The translations under genes were made by a program, and so were the position numbers. Below the pieces are notes generated by a model. That model ran no database searches. It saw only the letters and a program-made list of their open reading frames with translations, and was not told the DNA's origin. A stretch of DNA of 64,000 bases from the human T2T-CHM13v2.0 reference genome, Homo sapiens, in NCBI RefSeq assembly GCF_009914755.1, contig NC_060944.1. The stretch is one strand, 5' to 3'. Positions 12,640 through 25,396 of the stretch are shown here, one piece after another; the first letter of the stretch is position 1, and each line of letters starts with the position of its first letter.

Positions 12640-13090
12640 TATAACTTTTTTTCACAACAAATAGAAATGAAGTGCTTTGCAGGAGAATTCTAATTTGCAT
12701 AGAACCTTATGTGGATAGCACTGGGTCTATGTGTACACACATGCAATGTACATATATTCATGTACACACACAAACATATACATATAATATTATCATACAG
12801 TATGCATTGCTCTGTCTGCCTTTTTTTCACTTATCAATGTATTTTGAAGATCTCTGCAGGTCTCTAATCCTTTTTAATGGCTGCATAATATTCCACAGTA
12901 TCAATGCATCACAATTTCTTTAACTTACCTCCTAATGGACATTAAGTTGTTTCCAAGTTTAACTCCAATTAATACTGCACCAAAACAATCCTCGAATGTA
13001 CTAACCTTTGAACCCATAAGAGAGTATTTATTTAGTTTCCTAGAAGAATTTCTGGATTAAGAGGCTGAATTTAACACTTTTCTACATAGT
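12640..13090 (-). mobile_element. L1ME-like fragment
   Basis: tttttaatggctgcataatattccac...ggacattaagttgtttcca antisense L1 3' motif. Confidence 0.65.
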
Positions 13091-13888
13091 GCCAACCTAA
13101 GGCATTAGTCTATGTGTCTACCTGCTGGTCCATAACGTAGTTCCTGGAGAAAGTGGATCTTAAAAGAGATGAATAATTAAATCTGCAAGAGTTTCAAATA
13201 TCTCTTCATAGCATTCCAAAATATAACTCCCTTCTCTACTTCCCATAACCATGCCAATCAGTCTCCTTACTTGCAGAAGAGGAAGGTAGTTGCTGTCTAC
13301 TTTCTATACTTCTTGGCACTTGTCCTACAACAACCAGTCGTATCATATTTTTATGCTAGTAACTTTCACTGCCCTTGCAAAGTCATTTCTTTGAGTTGTC
13401 CTGAAAAGAACAGGATCTCAAGGTGGGTCGTGGTGGGCAAGGATCCCACCAGGCTTAAACTGAGGTGACAACAGGATTTTCCAGTGGTGGGGATCCTCTG
13501 GACCATGGGGAAGGCATGCAAGCGGCACTGGGAATGGACAAGAGCAGGGCTGGAGCACATAAAGTGGACCTGAGACGGTGGCACTGGGCTTTATGTGTGC
13601 TATGGGAAACAGAGAAGAACCTAAGGGAGAGGGTGTTTATTTGAAAGCGGTGAGTTTGGAAAATGATATTGAGGAAATAAGCAGGCTGAATAGAAGGCAC
13701 CCGAAAAAGAATGCCAGGAGAGAAAGTGAGCGACAACACCAGGGGACAAGACAATGGTAATTCCATAATTAGGTATGATCTGAGATCAATATGGTCTGTT
13801 TGCTTTGTGTTCACTTGTCCTTCATTCAATTGCTGCTCTTTGGTGTTATTTCTTGCCACGCTTTTCAATACTTTATGTGGCATGTGCA

Positions 13889-13893
<5 letters not shown>

Positions 13894-13932
<39 letters not shown>
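13894..13932. repeat. (TG)n microsatellite
   Basis: About 19 perfect GT units. Confidence 0.98.
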
Positions 13933-13936
<4 letters not shown>

Positions 13937-14629
13937 TGTGCATTTTCCTTGAGGGATATTTTAATGCATGATTTGTGAGTAAGTTTGGATTCTCAAAACG
14001 TGGCAATGCCAAAACAGAGAGAAGAAGTTGCTCATTGCCAACTCTGAGGTGCAGTGGCAGTTCTCTTCAACAGGGGCCTGTTTTCCAGAATCCAAAGAAG
14101 GGTATAAGTACAGCATCTTGCAAGTCATGCAGCAAAACAGGTAAGAGATGGCCCCTCTTTCCCCTTGTGTTGAAATGTTGGTAATGCTATTTTTTGACAT
14201 GAACAATATAGATATATTGCGGAGGAGAACACAGAATTTACGTCAATTTTTATGATAAAACATGAGTGGCCAAGGAAATTTCAAACCTGCTGCTGGTTGC
14301 TTCAGGCTGTACTACTCAAATAAACCAAAACATTTCTTTTCATATACTTTGAACTCTGATTTCATCGTCTTTTCCATCTGGACTGTTAGGCGGGGACGAC
14401 CAGACTCTCTTTCTTTAATAGTCTATGTAATCATTGAAGGGCCTATCTTTGTTATTTTAAAATGAGGATCTGTGCATGTTTTATGAAATTCATCCTATCC
14501 CACTTCAGTTCATCAGCTGGCCCAGATAGGTTACTTTAAAGAAAACCGGGAGAAGACCAGCCAGCCTGAGAACCTTGGAGAAGTGTTGGCTTTCAAATGG
14601 TTTCTGAAGTTAGGCAGATGTTTACTCTC

Positions 14630-14973
14630 TGTCATGGTTTGAATGCTCGCCCCTCTAAAACTCATGTTGAAATTTAATTGTCAATGTAACGGTATAAGGA
14701 AGTGGGGTTTTAAAACATGATTAGGCCATGAGGGCTCCACTCTCTTGGGTGGGCTTACTGCCTTTACAAAGAGGCTTTGGAGAGTAGGCTGTCTCTCTTC
14801 TCACCCTCTAGCCTTCCTCCATATTATGACACAGCAAGAAGGTTCTCGCTGGATACCAGCACCTAGATCTTAGATTTTCCAGCCTCCAGAACTGTGAGAA
14901 AATGATTTTCTCTTCTTTGTAAATTATCCAGTCTGTGGTATTCTGTTCTAGCAGCACAAAAGGGACTAAGACA
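14630..14973 (+). mobile_element. MaLR LTR, MST family (MSTC/D-like)
   Basis: tgtcatggtttgaatg...aaactcatgttgaaatttaat...ccagcctccagaactgtgagaaa...gactaagaca. Confidence 0.88.
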
Positions 14974-16479
14974 CGCTCATTCCTGCTTGTTACTACAGCA
15001 TGGCTCCTACGAAGAGCGCCAAAACCTGCAGGGAAGTTGTGCTTTGGATGAACCTCTTACTTCTTGGGCATGGAAGTCCTTTCACCAAGAACAGAGACAG
15101 CCCTTGCCAAATCTAAACTCACCGGGCCTATGTTATTTCAGGTGAAAACACTGTGTTTGTTCCAGGCACAAACACATACAGGTGACTCATCAGGTTCTAA
15201 GATGGAACATAATGACACAAGAGTACCAGGCACAAAACCATGCTCTCAAGCCACTCAGAAGGCACTTTAGATGATGAAAACCAAACAGAAGCTGAGTGAC
15301 CAACCTCCCCACCCCCATCACACTCAGCAGGCTGAGCAGAGTCACAGAACACACACACCTGGGTGGAACAGATGGCACCCCGGTGCTATTGTTATTTTAC
15401 AGTCTGGCTGAATGGCAAGCTGAACTGTCAAGGACAATATGTAGACTATTGCAGTTAAACAGGGGATTGTGTCTCCCAAGAAAGGATTCCACCATCTCGG
15501 TGGAGTTAAGTATAGCTTCTCCACACAGGGGAAGTGAGGACAGCTGAGATTTTCCAGGAGAAGTGATTTAGATTATATAAAGACCCTTAATGAATTATTT
15601 CCAGGCATTGTCTGCAGTGTCATATTGCTTGAGCTTTCCGTTAGCAGCTTCCTGGAAAAGAACTTCTGCTTGTCTGGGTCTTGAGTTTCTGTTGCTTACA
15701 GCAGCCAGAGTTGCCATCTGTGCACATATAGAGCATATATTTTAAATTTTGACATTTCCAAAATATGACTGTTTTGTAAAATTATTTGGATAAAATATGT
15801 CTGATGGGAAAGCACACAGCCTGTGTGTGAGAACTTGGGAAGCAAACTGACGAGAGGCTCCTGGCAGGTTGTATTAATTCTTAACATGCAAAACAGCCAC
15901 ATGTTGGAAGCTAATACTGGAGCAAGGCTGAAATCTATTATTATTTCAGAGTATTAGCATTGTTTGGTGTAGAATAACTTAACCGTAATGACACATTGAG
16001 AAATCAATATGACACGAGAGCCAGTGCGCATTTTCTTAAAGATGAACTGGCTGATGGTTTTAGCAATGTTTTAACAGAAGGAATAAGCAAATTTCAAAAG
16101 TAAATGAATCCGAAGCTGATAAGCAAGTAATACATTTGTAGTACATGAATGATTTTGTTTGAGTTTGCGATTATCACCATATTGCTCTAGAAATATATAG
16201 TACGGCCTTTTACTTTGTGTTCCAATTACTCCACATGTCCTATAGTTGTATGCATTTTATATATTTGTCATTCATAAGCAAGGAACTCAAATTTTCTGTT
16301 CTTAAAAAACACTCAATTTAGTATTGTTTGACAGGATGGTATGAAAAGTTGAAGATGGAGAGAAAAAAGGCTGGATTGTAATTTTAGTGACCAAAAGAGA
16401 AAATAATATCCTCCTCTAAGATTCCTTACTCTATTTTGTCAAAGTGGAAGTAACTTAACTTTTTGCTGCTAATTATAAG

Positions 16480-16910
16480 AAAATTAAATTCTTGTTAAAA
16501 GTAATTTGAGTAGTACAGAAGTATAAAGTGAAAGGTGAAGGTATCTCTGTAATCCCACCCCACCGAGATTACAACTGTTAACAGTTTGATATGTGTATTT
16601 CTTGATTTCTAAATGCATAGGTATAAGCAAATATGTATAAATAAAACAATTGAGGTTATTTGGAATCCACTGCTCCATAAGCTGCTTTTTCATTTGACTG
16701 GATCTCTAGGACACCTTTCCATGTCAGTAAATATAGATCTAACATTTAAAAAGATGCTCCATAATTTATTTCACTAGTCTACCGACAGGTATTTAGTTGG
16801 TTTCAAATTTTTCACTTTTATAATCAATGTTGCAGGCATTATTTTGTACATATCTTAGAGTATAGTTTTTCAATTATATTCTTAGAATGAATTATCACAA
16901 GTACTGTTGC
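16480..16910 (-). mobile_element. L1ME-like fragment
   Basis: Degenerate antisense L1 3' motifs (ctttccatgtcagtaaatatagatct...atttagttggtttca). Confidence 0.55.
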
Positions 16911-17042
16911 AGCTTTTTTTTCTCCTAAATTTTTAAGCAAAATACCTAAGTTTTAGGGTATAAGCCCCTCTCATTATCTACAAAGTGATTTATTATCCAC
17001 AGTGAGACTGAATTCCTGGCTGAATTTCTCCTGTTACCAGCA

Positions 17043-17583
17043 GTCATGGGAGATGGAATTCTAAGGGGGCCCCTGAGGTTCCAGCCCTCTTGTGTACACA
17101 CCGCTATGAACCCTTCCCTTCTGCAAATATGACAGGATATCACTTTTGTGACTGGGTTACTTACCAGTTAACTTTGAGTTAATCACAGGGGATATTATCT
17201 AGGTGGGTCTGACCTGGTCATGGGAGCCATTTTGAAGAGGGTAAAACATCCAGGGTGACCTGGTGCTTGCCAGGAAGGAAGCAAACAGCCACTTTGGGAA
17301 TTACCTAAGGGCCTAATGGCCGGGAACCAGAGCACCGCTTTGAAGGTGAGATGAGTCCCTGGCCAGAGACCTGTGTCCTACAACCACAGGGAAATGGATT
17401 CCATCAACAACTCGTGAGCTTGGGTGAGAACACTGAGCCTCATACGAGGTAACAGCCCCAACCGACATCGTGAAGTCCCTGAGCAGAGCACTCCCATTAA
17501 CCTGTACCGAGGCTAAGTTTGCCTTGGTTAAGTTCCTAACTTAGTGGTAATTTATCACACAGCAATAGAAAATAAATGTGACA
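17043..17583 (+). mobile_element. MaLR LTR, MLT1E/F-like
   Basis: aattctaagggggcccc...actttgagttaatca...gtggtaatttatcacacagcaatagaaaataa. Confidence 0.8.
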
Positions 17584-18171
17584 GCAAACACAGGCAGGGT
17601 ACTTCCAGCATGTTCTGGATTTTCTCCAGCTATCATACCTGGGGAAGTGAACCCTTCCCTAGCACCTATCCTACAGAGAATGTGGTAGCCAGCTCTAGGG
17701 GTGAGCCTGAGGCTCCATGGCCATAGCCTTCTTTCTAGACACCATAGTCTTGCCCTCAGGAGGATTTCTCCATATAAGAATCCAACTTTGCCTTCTCAGT
17801 TCTTAGAACTTAGGTCAGCTAACTAAAAGGCCTTTCTTAGTGACTTTTGTAACTTTAGCAGTTTTAAATTATTTAATTGACTTTACCTTTTCTCAAGAGA
17901 TAAATAACTAATTAATACTGGTATGGTCTATTGATTCTTATTTTATTACAAGGATTATGACCTACTACCATCTTATCATTTTGATGCTCAGGTGGTCCTG
18001 GGTTTTTCCAGAGGGTGCTCCATTAAGCCAGCCCCAGTGTCCTTCTGGCCCATCTCATTATTTTTTGAGCACTTCTTTATGTGTTCTGGCACAACAATGT
18101 ATTCTAGGCTTATCTGGTACTTTCCATGGATCCTTTCCTTTCTCTAGACTTATCTGGTACTTTCCATGGAT

Positions 18172-18343
18172 CTCCTCTCCTCTCCTCTCCTCTCCTGTCC
18201 TCTCCCCTCCCCTCCCCTCCCCTCCCCTCCCCTCCCTTCCCCTCCCCTCCTCTTTCTCTTTCTTTCTTCTCTTTCTTTCTTTCTCTCTCTCTTTCTTTCT
18301 TTCTTTTCTTCCTTTCTCTATCTCTCTTTCTTTTTCTTTTCTC

Positions 18344-18400
<57 letters not shown>
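18172..18400. repeat. Compound polypyrimidine microsatellite (CTCCT/CCCCT/CTTT/CT)
   Basis: About 230 bp of almost pure C/T abutting the tail of the monomer at 18402. Confidence 0.95.
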
Positions 18401-18401
<1 letters not shown>

Positions 18402-18407
<6 letters not shown>

Positions 18408-18556
18408 TTTGAGGAAGGGTCTTACTCTGTCACCCAGGCTGGAGTACACTGGTGCAATCATAGCTCACAGCAACCTGGACCTCCTGAGCTTAAGTGACCT
18501 CCCACCCCAGCCTCCTGAGTAGCTGGGACCACAGGTACACACCACCATGCCTGGCC
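18402..18556 (-). mobile_element. Alu right monomer (FRAM or truncated AluJ)
   Basis: Single right-arm monomer ending ...ccaccatgcctggcc. Confidence 0.85.
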
Positions 18557-18883
18557 AAATTCACTATTTCTAATTCCCTTTTTTAATGGTGGGAAACCTG
18601 GCTCTGATTATTTATTCATTTGCTCAATCCCACATAATATAGAAAAAGCTTCAGTGTTGCAAACACATACCGTTGAGATAAACAAACATTCTAATTGAAG
18701 TTCAATATCTATTTAGTTCTTTTTGGTTTTAAACTGAGGAGAAATAGAGTACTGCATTCAAAATTACTTGGAATAGGTTTTTTTAATTAATTAAACATTT
18801 TTTTCTTTTCTCCAGTATGGATATGTTACTCATCTGAAGTAATATTAGATTCATTTGTTTCTGTTTGGTTTATCCTATTTTAA

Positions 18884-19183
<300 letters not shown>

Positions 19184-19225
19184 TTAATTTTCTTTTTTAT
19201 CCTTTTTTAATTACCCATTTTATTC

Positions 19226-19357
19226 TTTTTTTTTTTTCTTAAGAGATGGGGTCTTGCTATGTTGCTCAGGCTGTTCTCAAACTCCTGGCCTCAAGTGATC
19301 CTCCCACCTCAACCTCCCAAAGTCTAGAATTACAGGCATGAGCCACGGCACTCAGCC
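19226..19357 (-). mobile_element. Alu left monomer (FLAM_C-like)
   Basis: Single left-arm monomer with poly(T). Confidence 0.85.
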
Positions 19358-19769
19358 TTTTTTTTTCCTTACTGAGCAGGAAATATCTCAATAAGAGTTT
19401 ATCTTCAGAAGTCCTTTTTGCCCCAGAAACTGAGTTTTAGATGCAGGGATCCTCTTGATCTTAAATGGCGTCCTCTAGGGAAAATGTGGTGGTTCTCAGC
19501 TGCTTCAGCGCAAGCTCTCCAAGCCCGTCTACTCAGCATGAAAATCTAGGAGGGGTGAGCTGAAGAACTGTCCTCATCTCCAGCAAAGTCCTTATAGTGG
19601 AAGGACGCATCCTTGAATGGATGACATCTCCTTACCAAACACAGTGCCCCAGTGCATATACATGGATGTAGCATCAAAGTACAGACAGCAAGCAAAAAAC
19701 ACGAAGAGAAATGTGCACAACACAAGTCTGCCAAATCTCTCTCAATCATACAGGTTAAGGGGAACAAAA

Positions 19770-20675
19770 AAATAAGTATCCTGGATTGGAATATGGATTG
19801 AAAAAATATTGCTTTGGAGGAGAATATTGGGAAAACTGGTGAAATGTGAATAAAGATAATATTAAATATATTTGATATTATATAATGGCATTGTATCAGT
19901 ATTCAATTTCCTGAATTAAATATTTGCTCTTTGGTTTACAGAGATGGTTCTTGTTCTTAGGAGACACATGGTAGAGAATCTGGGGGTGAAGGGTCATTAT
20001 ATCTGCAACTTACTCTCAAATGGTTCACACACACACGCAGACATATACACATCCACACACATCTACATATACACATACACACATTCACATACATATATAT
20101 ACACACAATCCACATATCCACACATAGACATCCACACACGTGCACATCCACATACACATATTCACATCCACACACACACACACCTCCACATATACACCTC
20201 TACATATACACACATCCACATATACACATATACACATTCACATACATCTACATATATGCATACACACATTCACATACATATACACATACGTGCACACAGC
20301 ACATATCCACATCCACACGTGTACACATCCACATATTCACATACATACATACACACATCCATCCACACACATCCACATACATGCATTCACATACATATAT
20401 GTATGCAGGCATCCACATGTGTACATATACACACCCATACATTCACATCCATATACATCCACATATACTCATCTGCATATACACATGTACACAATACACA
20501 TATCCATACATACACATTCACATACATACATGCGCACATACATGTATACACATACACACCTGTACACACATACAAATGGCAAAGTGTGAGTAGCTGGTGA
20601 AGCATATATGGCGGTTCATTGACATTATTCTTATAATTTTCCTGTAGTTTTGAATTTCTTCAAAATAAAAAGTAA
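19770..20675 (+). mobile_element. L1MC/ME-like 3' end split by a low-complexity tract
   Basis: atcctggattggaat...gttcttaggagacacatg...ctgcaacttactctcaaatggttca, resuming after 20573 with caaatggcaaagtg...ttcttcaaaataaaaagt. Confidence 0.7.
20025..20573. repeat. Degenerate (CA/TA/CACATA)n low-complexity tract
   Basis: About 550 bp of acac/atac/atccac units. Confidence 0.95.
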
Positions 20676-20789
20676 AAATATTGATAAGTAATAAGACAGA
20701 TCAATTTTACATATGACAGACCAGCCACATCATGCATCTATGTTGAAATCTCTACACTTTTATTCAGACACCCATGTCAGAGTCACAAA

Positions 20790-21070
20790 AAAGGGACCAC
20801 ATTTTAAGCTACAACAAAACTTCCATAAATTTCAGAAAGAAAGTAAACAGTTTCATTATTAAACAAGAAATAATGAAAATAAAGGGTATTCTATTCAAGA
20901 AGTTAAGAAAACGATCAACAAAACATCTAAATAAAGCAGAAGGGTGGGATTAAAGTAGATAAAAAATCAGAAATAAGTGTATTTGTAAACAGAAAAACAA
21001 TCATGCTAAAGAAAAAACCCAAGCACTGGTTCTTTGAAATAATCAGTGATGTAGATAAACTATCAGTGGT
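20790..21070 (+). mobile_element. Degraded L1 ORF2 fragment
   Basis: A-rich sequence with L1 ORF2-like motifs (aaataaagcagaagg...cagaaataagtg...ctggttctttgaaa...atagataaact). Confidence 0.6.
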
Positions 21071-21899
21071 TTAATTTAAAAACACATTGTTATGGAGAGT
21101 TGTGCAAAACCCACTCATGTAGTTCAATCTATTAATAAAGCAATGAAGAAAAATTATACTGGAATCTCAAGAGTTGCTCAAAGTCACTTAATAAATTGTA
21201 ATGCTCGATATGCGGGGGGCCCTTCAGGCCTAAGCTTCATTAGCTGTATGCAAAATCCACCGAACTTTGCCTCTGGATCCCAGGGTCCTGCGGGGACAAT
21301 TCAAGTGTCTGCCTAGCATAGAGTTATGCTTGCCTTAGCCGAGGGATGTGCAGGAGAGAGTGGCTGCGGGAATCTCCACAGGACTCAAGGCAGTGTCCAA
21401 GAGAAAATGTCCAGTGCATACCTGCCAGACAGAGGGGAGCAACTCCTAGCTGAGTAAGGATTGCTGAGTGCCTGGCCTCTTCCCCACATGCCAGTCATAT
21501 TCACCCAGGTGGGTTCTGGGGAGGAAGCTTGGCCCAAAACAATGACCAGGAAATGGAGGAGGAGGTGGGCATAGACAGGTGGAGAGCAGAGGCTACCCAC
21601 ACTTGTGCCTGAAGGGGATATGAAGACGAATATGAGAAAGGTGGGGAGAAGTCTAACTCTTGACTGAGGGAAGCTTTTGATAACTAACTGGACACCCTGA
21701 TTTATGACACTGAGACTTTGGCTTAAAGTGTTTGTAAGACTTCTGCTTCCCAGGAATGAGCTGAAAAATCAGAGGCTCTGGTGGAGTTTCCATCTGTGGC
21801 AAGGAAGGATTCCCCCGCACTGAGTAAAGTGAACAGGGCCAGTGGGAGATAAAAGTTAGGTGTGTTTTGCTGTCATCCTTCTCTCAGTTTATCTCTCTT

Positions 21900-23007
21900 C
21901 TTACATTTTACTATAAATTGCAAGAAGAGACCAAATGATATCTTCAGCTCTTTTCTTGGAAATCTCTTTAGACAAACAGGTTCATCAGAAGCATATTATG
22001 CTTTCTATGTAACTGCAGATGACAACTTTGCTAAGCTTTCTGCCACTACATAACAAGGATCCCTTTCCTCTAGCTTCTAAGAACATGCTCCTTACTTCCT
22101 TTTGAGCCCTCACTGGCGGCACCCTCAAAGTCCAGATTTCTACTCACCAGTCTTTAGACTTTTTCTATGATGCCACTCAAAATCCTTCCCGCTGCTGTTC
22201 ACTGCCTAGTTCCAGAGCCACTCTTACATTTTAATTTGTTATGGAAGCACCCCACTTTCAGGTACCAGAATCTATACTAGTTATCCATTGCTTCATAACC
22301 AATTATAGTAAACTTAGCAGCCTAAAAGAGCACACATTTATTTCCTCACAGCTTTTTGTCTTTTGTATTGTATTGTATTGTATTTTATGGAGACAGGGTT
22401 TCACTTTGTTGCCCAGGCTGGTCTGAATCTCCTGGGCTCAAACAATCCTCCTGCCTCAGCCTCCCAAGTAGCTGGTAGTACAGGCATGTGTCACCACATC
22501 CAGCTAATTTTTTTTTGTAAAGATAGGGAGGGTATTTCGTTGTTGCTCAGGCTGGTCTTGAACTTCTGGTCTCAAGCAATCCTCACTCCTCAGCCTCCCA
22601 AAGTGCTGGAATTACAGGCGTGAGCCACCATGCCCAGCCTGTTCACAGTTTTTGAAGGTTGGGGATTCAGGCATGGCCTAGCTGGATTATCTGTTCTAGG
22701 GTTTCTCACACAGCTGAATCAAAGTGCAGACCGGGGCTGGGGTCTCATCTGAAGGTTCTACCAGGGGAGCTTCCACATCCTGGCACACAGTAGGATTCAG
22801 TTCCTTCTGGATTGTTGAATTGATGGCTCCAGCTCCTAGCTGGCTATTGGCTGGAGGCCACTCACAGTTCTCACCATGTGGGCCTCCTCAACATGGCAAT
22901 TTGCTTCATCAGAACTGACAAGGAAAAGAGTCTACTAGCAAAACGGAGTCACAGCCTTATGTAATCTAATCATGGAAGAAGCGTCTCATCATCTTTGCTA
23001 TATCCTG
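21900..23007 (-). mobile_element. MLT1F-like MaLR internal segment plus LTR (LTR from ~22272), interrupted by an Alu-family dimer
   Basis: Internal/LTR junction gcaccccactttcaggtaccagaatc|tatactagttatccattgc; LTR body ggggctggggtctcatctgaagg...gtgggcctcctcaacatggc. Confidence 0.75.
22365..22639 (-). mobile_element. AluJ-age dimer whose right arm lacks the ~31-bp right-monomer insert; (ATTGT)n tail
   Basis: Two monomers joined by a linker; TSD tcacag(c/t)tttt on both sides. Confidence 0.85.
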
Positions 23008-23336
23008 TAACTTTACAAGATAAAGTTTTGTAACTGGCCTCTGATGAAGAGTTGAAGATGAATTTTGAAAATAGTCTTACTTCAATTGGAATAAAAATTT
23101 AAAGTGAATATTATAAATTTATTGAAATTGTTTAAAGAAGTTCCTAAAAAGGTACCTTTGTCAACAGGTTTCTCTACTGTGAGTGTTATTCAAGCCAAAC
23201 TAGAAATGGTTTAGCTGTATATTATGCCCTGTGAGCAGAACTGTTGTCAATCCAATCTGGGTTATATATGTTAACAAGCGAGAAGAAGGCTCGTTTGCTG
23301 TATTAAAAACTTTACATATTTTTCTTTAGTTCTCTT

Positions 23337-24170
23337 TTTGGTTATGCATTGCTATAGAACAAACTACCCTCAAGACTTAATGGCTTAAATACAAGAACCA
23401 TTTTATTATCTTTTTTTTTTTTGATACAGGGTCTCAGTCTGTTACCCTAGCTAGAGTGCAGTGGTGCAATCATGGCTTATGGCTCACTGCAGCCTCAACC
23501 TCCTGGGCTCAAGCAATCCTCCGACCTCAGCCTCCTGAGTAACTGGAACTACAAGTACATGCCACCATGCCTGGTTAATTTTTGTATTTTTTGTAGAGAC
23601 AGGGTCTTGCTATGTTGCCCAGGCTAGTCTTGAATGCCTGGGCTCAAGTGATCCTCCCACCTTGGCCCCGCAAAGTGCTGAGATTACAGGCGTGAGCCAC
23701 CATGCCTGGCCCATTTTATTATATCTAGTGATTTTTTATGTTAGGATTTCAGACATGGCTCAACAGGCAATTCTGCTTTACCTGGCATTGGCTGGGATCC
23801 CTGGGTATTATTCAGCCAGTGGCTACTCTGGTCTGGAGGGTCTAAGACATTTTTGCTCACCTGCCTGGAGCCTTGGAGGGGATGGCTGGAAGACTGGGCT
23901 GTACCCCAGATAGAATCAGGGTTTCTCTTTGTGGTCCCTCCAACAAGGTCACTAGATTTTCTACTTGATGTTGTAGGGTTCCAAGAGAAAGGAAGTAGAA
24001 ATTCCCAGCCTCTTGAGGTTCAGCTCCAGAAAGTGGTAAAGCATGACTTCTCCCACATTTCATTGGTCAATGTGGTCACAGAACCTGTCCAGATTCAACG
24101 GGAGGGGACACATCCACCTCCCAGGGGAGGACTGTTAAAGGAGGTATTGCCCAGATTAACTGTCCCACAA
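23337..24170 (-). mobile_element. MaLR LTR, MLT1H-like, interrupted by AluJ
   Basis: gcattgctatagaacaaactaccctcaagacttaatggctta...gatggctggaagactgggc...ccagattcaacgggagggg...cccaca. Confidence 0.75.
23410..23711 (-). mobile_element. AluJ
   Basis: Full dimer with J-type ctcctgggctcaagcaatcc; TSD attttattat. Confidence 0.95.
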
Positions 24171-24519
24171 TTGTAACTGCTGAGCAGCAAAAAGCTTAGA
24201 GTGTAATTGCAATTGTATACGATAATTGCCTATACACATCTTCTCAAAGGAGCATGTCCAGTTTTTACAATTGTTTTTTTCCTCATTATGTTAGTTTTGA
24301 TTATATTTACTGAAATGTATGTTCCCTCTGATTAACCTAAAAATAAAGTTTGGGCTTATATTTTTAAAATTTTATTTTTCTGATAATTTATTTTTGTTGT
24401 ATTTTACAAAAGTGTGAATCTGAGGATGATAAAAAATTTAGAAAACCCTGGTTCTTACCCTCAGATAGTTTGCATAGTGCTATTATAGAAGATAAGAGAG
24501 TTAAATTAGGAAGCAATGT

Positions 24520-24619
24520 ATACATGCTTCCCCCCTTATCATGGGGCTACCCCCCAGCAAACCCATTGTAAAGTTGAAAAGTCTTAAGTCCAATGATCAT
24601 ATATCAGAGACCATCTATA
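24520..24619. mobile_element. Short Tc1/mariner Tigger-type MITE
   Basis: About 100 bp, cttatcatggggctac...aaacccattgtaaagttgaaaa...gaccatctata, TA-flanked with degenerate TIRs. Confidence 0.5.
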
Positions 24620-24982
24620 CTGGATGGACTATCTGATGGATTGGAACAGGAGGGCAGTGGGGAGGGAGCCAGAACTCAGCCCCTGCTCCTATTCCCAAGC
24701 CCAGCTGTCTAGGACCTGGGCGTCCATTCAGAATAGGGATAACTGTTTATTCTCACAGACATGGGATTTGCTCAGCAAACCTGCATGGCTGTTCCCCAGC
24801 AGAGTGAGTGCTTTTTCCAAATCTTCCCAGAGAGATGGCTATCCATGGTCAAGCCATGAGCTGTCCAGCCAGAGGGGCAGCCATCTCCAGTTGGCATGGA
24901 GGCCCATAGATACTTGTGGCCATGTGAATCAGAGTCCTCATGGTCATCATAAGTGGGACATCAGAGAAAAAGATATTCAGAG

Positions 24983-25394
24983 TGTGTTAGGCTGTTCTTG
25001 CATTGATATATTTTATAATGAGCAATTATAGACTGGGTAACGTATACATAAAAGGTTTAATTGGCCCACAGTTCTGCAGGCTTTACAGGAAGCATGGTGA
25101 TGGCATCTGCTTGGCTTCTAGGGAGGCCTCAGGAGGCTTACAATCATGGCAGAAGGCAAAGGGGGATAAGGCACTTCACATGGTGAGAGCAGGGGCAAGA
25201 GAGAGAGTAGGAGGGAGGTGCCACACACTGCTGAACAACAAGATCTCGGGAGAACTCACTCACTATCGTGAGAACAGCAACAAGGGGATGGTGCTAATCC
25301 ATCGTCCAATCACCTCCTCCCAGGCCCTGCCTCCAGTACTGGGATTATAATTCAACATGAGATTTTGGCAGGGACAAATATCCAAACCATATCA
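24983..25394 (-). mobile_element. MaLR LTR, MSTA/B-like
   Basis: tgtgttaggctgttcttgcattg...cttacaatcatggcagaaggcaaagg...atccaaaccatatca; 5-bp TSD CAGAG at 24978-24982 and 25395-25399. Confidence 0.92.
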
Positions 25395-25396
25395 CA

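Larger units (their letters stand above)
23010..24481 (+). mobile_element. Charlie1-family hAT transposon fossil (transposase C-terminus and 3' end), split by an MLT1
   Basis: From 23013 it reads LQDKVL*LASDEELKMNFEN, later YLC/TGFSTVSVIQAK and ...LLSIQ...LTSEKKARLLY*, matching the hAT dimerisation-domain region with stops and frameshifts. 3' terminus tattttacaaaagt...cagatagtttg at ~24400-24480. Confidence 0.75.

Noticed and set aside
17957-18522. Ser/Phe/Leu/Pro-rich ORFs
   Set aside because: Translation of the polypyrimidine microsatellite and the Alu monomer.
19944-20605. His/Thr/Tyr-rich 218-aa ORF and related ORFs
   Set aside because: Translation of the CA/TA low-complexity tract.
21085-21865. 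Possible ancient LTR (starts TGTTA, ends near an ATAAAAG signal)
   Set aside because: I could not assign a family or confirm termini or a TSD by eye; it needs a Dfam search.
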